Made by a program: the position numbers and the translations under genes. From a virus (lineage: Duplodnaviria > Heunggongvirae > Uroviricota > Caudoviricetes): a stretch of 57,485 nucleotides of DNA. Positions 55,394 to 57,485 of this stretch are shown here, piece by piece. The notes beneath the pieces were generated by a model. The model did not search any database. It saw only the letters and a program-made list of their open reading frames with translations, and had not been told where the DNA came from. How positions within the stretch are numbered: the stretch's first letter is position 1; each line of letters opens with the position of its first letter. Location: positions 79,712-137,196 of IMG/VR virus record IMGVR_UViG_3300047476_001238; one strand, given 5' to 3'.

Positions 55394-56500
55394 TCACTTT
55401 AGCCCTGCTAACCGCTTGATTTCAAAAACGTTATTAGCGTTTTCTTCAACTGCGGCAGTATTAGCAGATTTATCACCAGTTATTTCTACACGGCTTTCAG
55501 CTAACATAGACTTAGCTTGTTTTGCTGGTTGAGCTGTGTTGTTTAAAACAGCTGGTAGATACTTATCGTATGCACTCTGTAATTTTACAGTCTGCACACT
55601 TTCAAGAAGTTCGCTCATAACTGTAGCTTTCTCCTTGTTTAAAGGTTTTAGCAGATTCGCTAGGATTTCTTTACGTTCTGCTGACTCTTTAATAACTTTA
55701 ATTTCTTTCTCTTTTGATTCAACAATCATTGCAGCCGAATCAGCTTGTGCTCTAGCTTCCGCTAGTGCTTGCTCTTTGGCAGCAACAACAGCTTGTAGCT
55801 TGCGAATCTCTTTGTTCTCATTTAGGTGAGTCACAGCAAATTCACTTGCAAAAGCTTCAAAGATTTGACGACCAAACATGTTCTCGCGAGCCATGTGGAT
55901 GTCTTCTTTGAGTTGAGTCATTTCTGACTCTAGTTTCTTGGTAATTGATTCCTTAACTAGTTCTGCAGAACGAGCGATGAAATTCTGTTGCAGTTCAGCA
56001 AGCTTGTCTTTAGCACCAGCGATTAGACGAACTTTTGTCTCTACCACTGCTTGCTTGTCTTGCTCAAACTCTTGAATTTCCTCTGCTAGTGATTTGATCA
56101 CAAATGATTCTAGCTTACTAACACTATTTTCATATTGCTTGCGATCTTCACGTAGTTCTTTAATTTCTTCAGCTAGTTTACCAACTAAGAAATTATTAAA
56201 CTTTTCGCTGCTTTCCATCATGTGAACTTTAAATTTCGCACGATCTTCTGCTAGAGCTTGTTTCTCTGCGGCAAACTCTTCAAGTTCGCTTTGTAGAGAT
56301 TCAGTTACCATTTTGTCTAGAGCTTCAACCATAACTTGTTTGTCATGCTGATAGCGAGTGGCAAATTCTTCACGAAGTTCTGCACGTACACTTTCGCGGG
56401 CTTCAAGAAGTTTTGCTTCCCATGCTTCGCTAATAGCTGTACGAGTATCCTCGTTTATGATGCCGCTGTCTACCAATGGTTTGATAGCATCTAATAACAT
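55394..56500 (-). CDS. 22: Prohead core scaffolding protein gp22
   Basis: Long acidic coiled coil between gp21 and gp23; ends EIKRLAGLK. Confidence 0.88.
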   Translation of the reverse strand: MLLDAIKPLVDSGIINEDTRTAISEAWEAKLLEARESVRAELREEFATRYQHDKQVMVEALDKMVTESLQSELEEFAAEKQALAEDRAKFKVHMMESSEKFNNFLVGKLAEEIKELREDRKQYENSVSKLESFVIKSLAEEIQEFEQDKQAVVETKVRLIAGAKDKLAELQQNFIARSAELVKESITKKLESEMTQLKEDIHMARENMFGRQIFEAFASEFAVTHLNENKEIRKLQAVVAAKEQALAEARAQADSAAMIVESKEKEIKVIKESAERKEILANLLKPLNKEKATVMSELLESVQTVKLQSAYDKYLPAVLNNTAQPAKQAKSMLAESRVEITGDKSANTAAVEENANNVFEIKRLAGLK

Positions 56501-56510
56501 CAGGTTTCTC

Positions 56511-57152
56511 CTATTTTAACTTAAGGTCTTTGATAAGGCGTGTAATGCCTTCTTTCAGGTACTTCTGTACTTTTTGATCTTGTGTGGCATCACGAGCCAC
56601 ATCTAACACTCGGTGTCCATGACGCATATTCATCAAGCCCTCATAGATTGCTTTAGGATATGCATGCGGAGCCGAAGGCTGTGCTACGATGTCAACGGTA
56701 ATAATATCAAAACCACTAACATGTCCATTACTTTCATTAACTTCGCCGCTTCCACGGCTGCTAACACCTAGCTTGACACCACTGGTAATCATAGCTTCCA
56801 CTAGTTTACCCATTGGCGTTGGTAGGATTTTTAGTTTACCGTGACCGCAAGGACCGTCCATCCACATTTCAGTGATCATATGGCTAACACGGTCCAAATT
56901 AATCTTTAGGTCATCAGGGTGATCAACTTCGCCCAAAACAGAATGTCCTGTTTTGATTTGTTCATTAATCTGACTTACGGCTTTACTGATTTCAGAAATG
57001 GGATACACACGTTCGTTGGCGTTTCTAACACCACCTTCGATGAATATCCCTTTCATATACAGATTCTTACCTTGACCGGTTGTAGAATCTTCGGTTAAGA
57101 CTTCTATCTGAGCCCGGTCAAAAGTAAGATCTTCTTTTAGGTACAAAGCCAT
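56511..57152 (-). CDS. 21: Prohead protease gp21
   Basis: NANERVYP, LGEVDHP, GVSSRGSG, DIVAQPSAP. Confidence 0.95.
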   Translation of the reverse strand: MALYLKEDLTFDRAQIEVLTEDSTTGQGKNLYMKGIFIEGGVRNANERVYPISEISKAVSQINEQIKTGHSVLGEVDHPDDLKINLDRVSHMITEMWMDGPCGHGKLKILPTPMGKLVEAMITSGVKLGVSSRGSGEVNESNGHVSGFDIITVDIVAQPSAPHAYPKAIYEGLMNMRHGHRVLDVARDATQDQKVQKYLKEGITRLIKDLKLK

Positions 57153-57165
57153 ATTATTGCCCTAA

Positions 57166-57485
57166 TTAATTACCACCTGGTTCAATGCTTTTCTTCTGCA
57201 CTGGAACTGAACCGTCGGTAGTTTGCCCTTCGCCCTTCTTTGCACTAGCTTTATTGCTGTACCAGTTTTGAGCGCCTTTGTTGCCGCCTGGTTTGTTAAC
57301 GTTGCGTTTAGCTACGTCAATTTCCTGAGCGTTCTTTACTAACTTACCGTCAACTTTACCTTTTGGCGATTGGCCATCTGGAGCTTGTTCTGCAAAACCT
57401 TTAGCAATGTTGGCACTACTGCCACCCATGTCGTGTTTGCCTGCAAGTGGGGTCTTGGTATTGCCAGCTGGCTTGTCGCCGCCTG
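57166..57485 (-). CDS. 3' part of a prohead core protein (gp67/68 position); begins outside the window
   Basis: Frame is open from the edge (GGDKPAGNTKTPLAGKHDMGG...) and lies immediately upstream of gp21. Confidence 0.55.
   Translation of the reverse strand, partial: GGDKPAGNTKTPLAGKHDMGGSSANIAKGFAEQAPDGQSPKGKVDGKLVKNAQEIDVAKRNVNKPGGNKGAQNWYSNKASAKKGEGQTTDGSVPVQKKSIEPGGN

Noticed and set aside
12418-55829. The many 60-180 aa opposite-strand or alternate-frame ORFs in the track (e.g. 4870-5283, 28289-28723, 38785-39258, 52942-53487)
   Set aside because: They are fully nested in well-supported genes, lack SD or promoter context and recognisable motifs, and mirror the codon bias of the real strand.
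1-57485. CRISPR array or tRNA genes
   Set aside because: No regularly spaced repeats. Intergenic gaps are short and are explained by promoters and terminators; no cloverleaf seen.
1-57485. Stop-codon reassignment as in some large phages
   Set aside because: Core genes are full length in the standard code, and TAA, TGA and TAG all end genes at sensible, often coupled, junctions.
1-57485. Prophage or host chromosomal context
   Set aside because: No integrase, att-like junction or housekeeping operon; phage-type genes run edge to edge.

Overview
This is a gene-dense fragment of a large T4-like contractile-tailed phage genome, transcribed almost entirely on the minus strand. Read right to left it holds: prohead core (partial), protease gp21, scaffold gp22 and major capsid gp23; about 19 kb of fibre/baseplate-type genes, including six coupled paralogues in three pairs; an inverted gp14-gp15-NUDIX block; two sigma70-promoter genes; gp13, dNMP kinase gp1, sheath gp18, tube gp19, a gp54-like gene, gp4 and a gp16-like gene; a 10 kb block of probable internal-head proteins; a secreted thermonuclease followed by coupled micro-ORFs; an HNH gene; terminase gp17; ssDNA-binding gp32; and a radical SAM/SDR/sulfotransferase-like operon running off the left edge. 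The strongest observations are four. (1) A possible head-cargo addressing system: T4 CTS-like N-termini plus an 'RLAGL' motif shared with the scaffold C-terminus. (2) A putative cargo protein fusing a lambda-R-type lytic transglycosylase to an SGNH esterase. (3) Reciprocal promoter-in-hairpin translational switches at gp13 and gp1. (4) Several apparently leaderless genes. All calls come from reading motifs by eye; no database search was run. I saw no tRNA, CRISPR array, intron, intein or reverse transcriptase.
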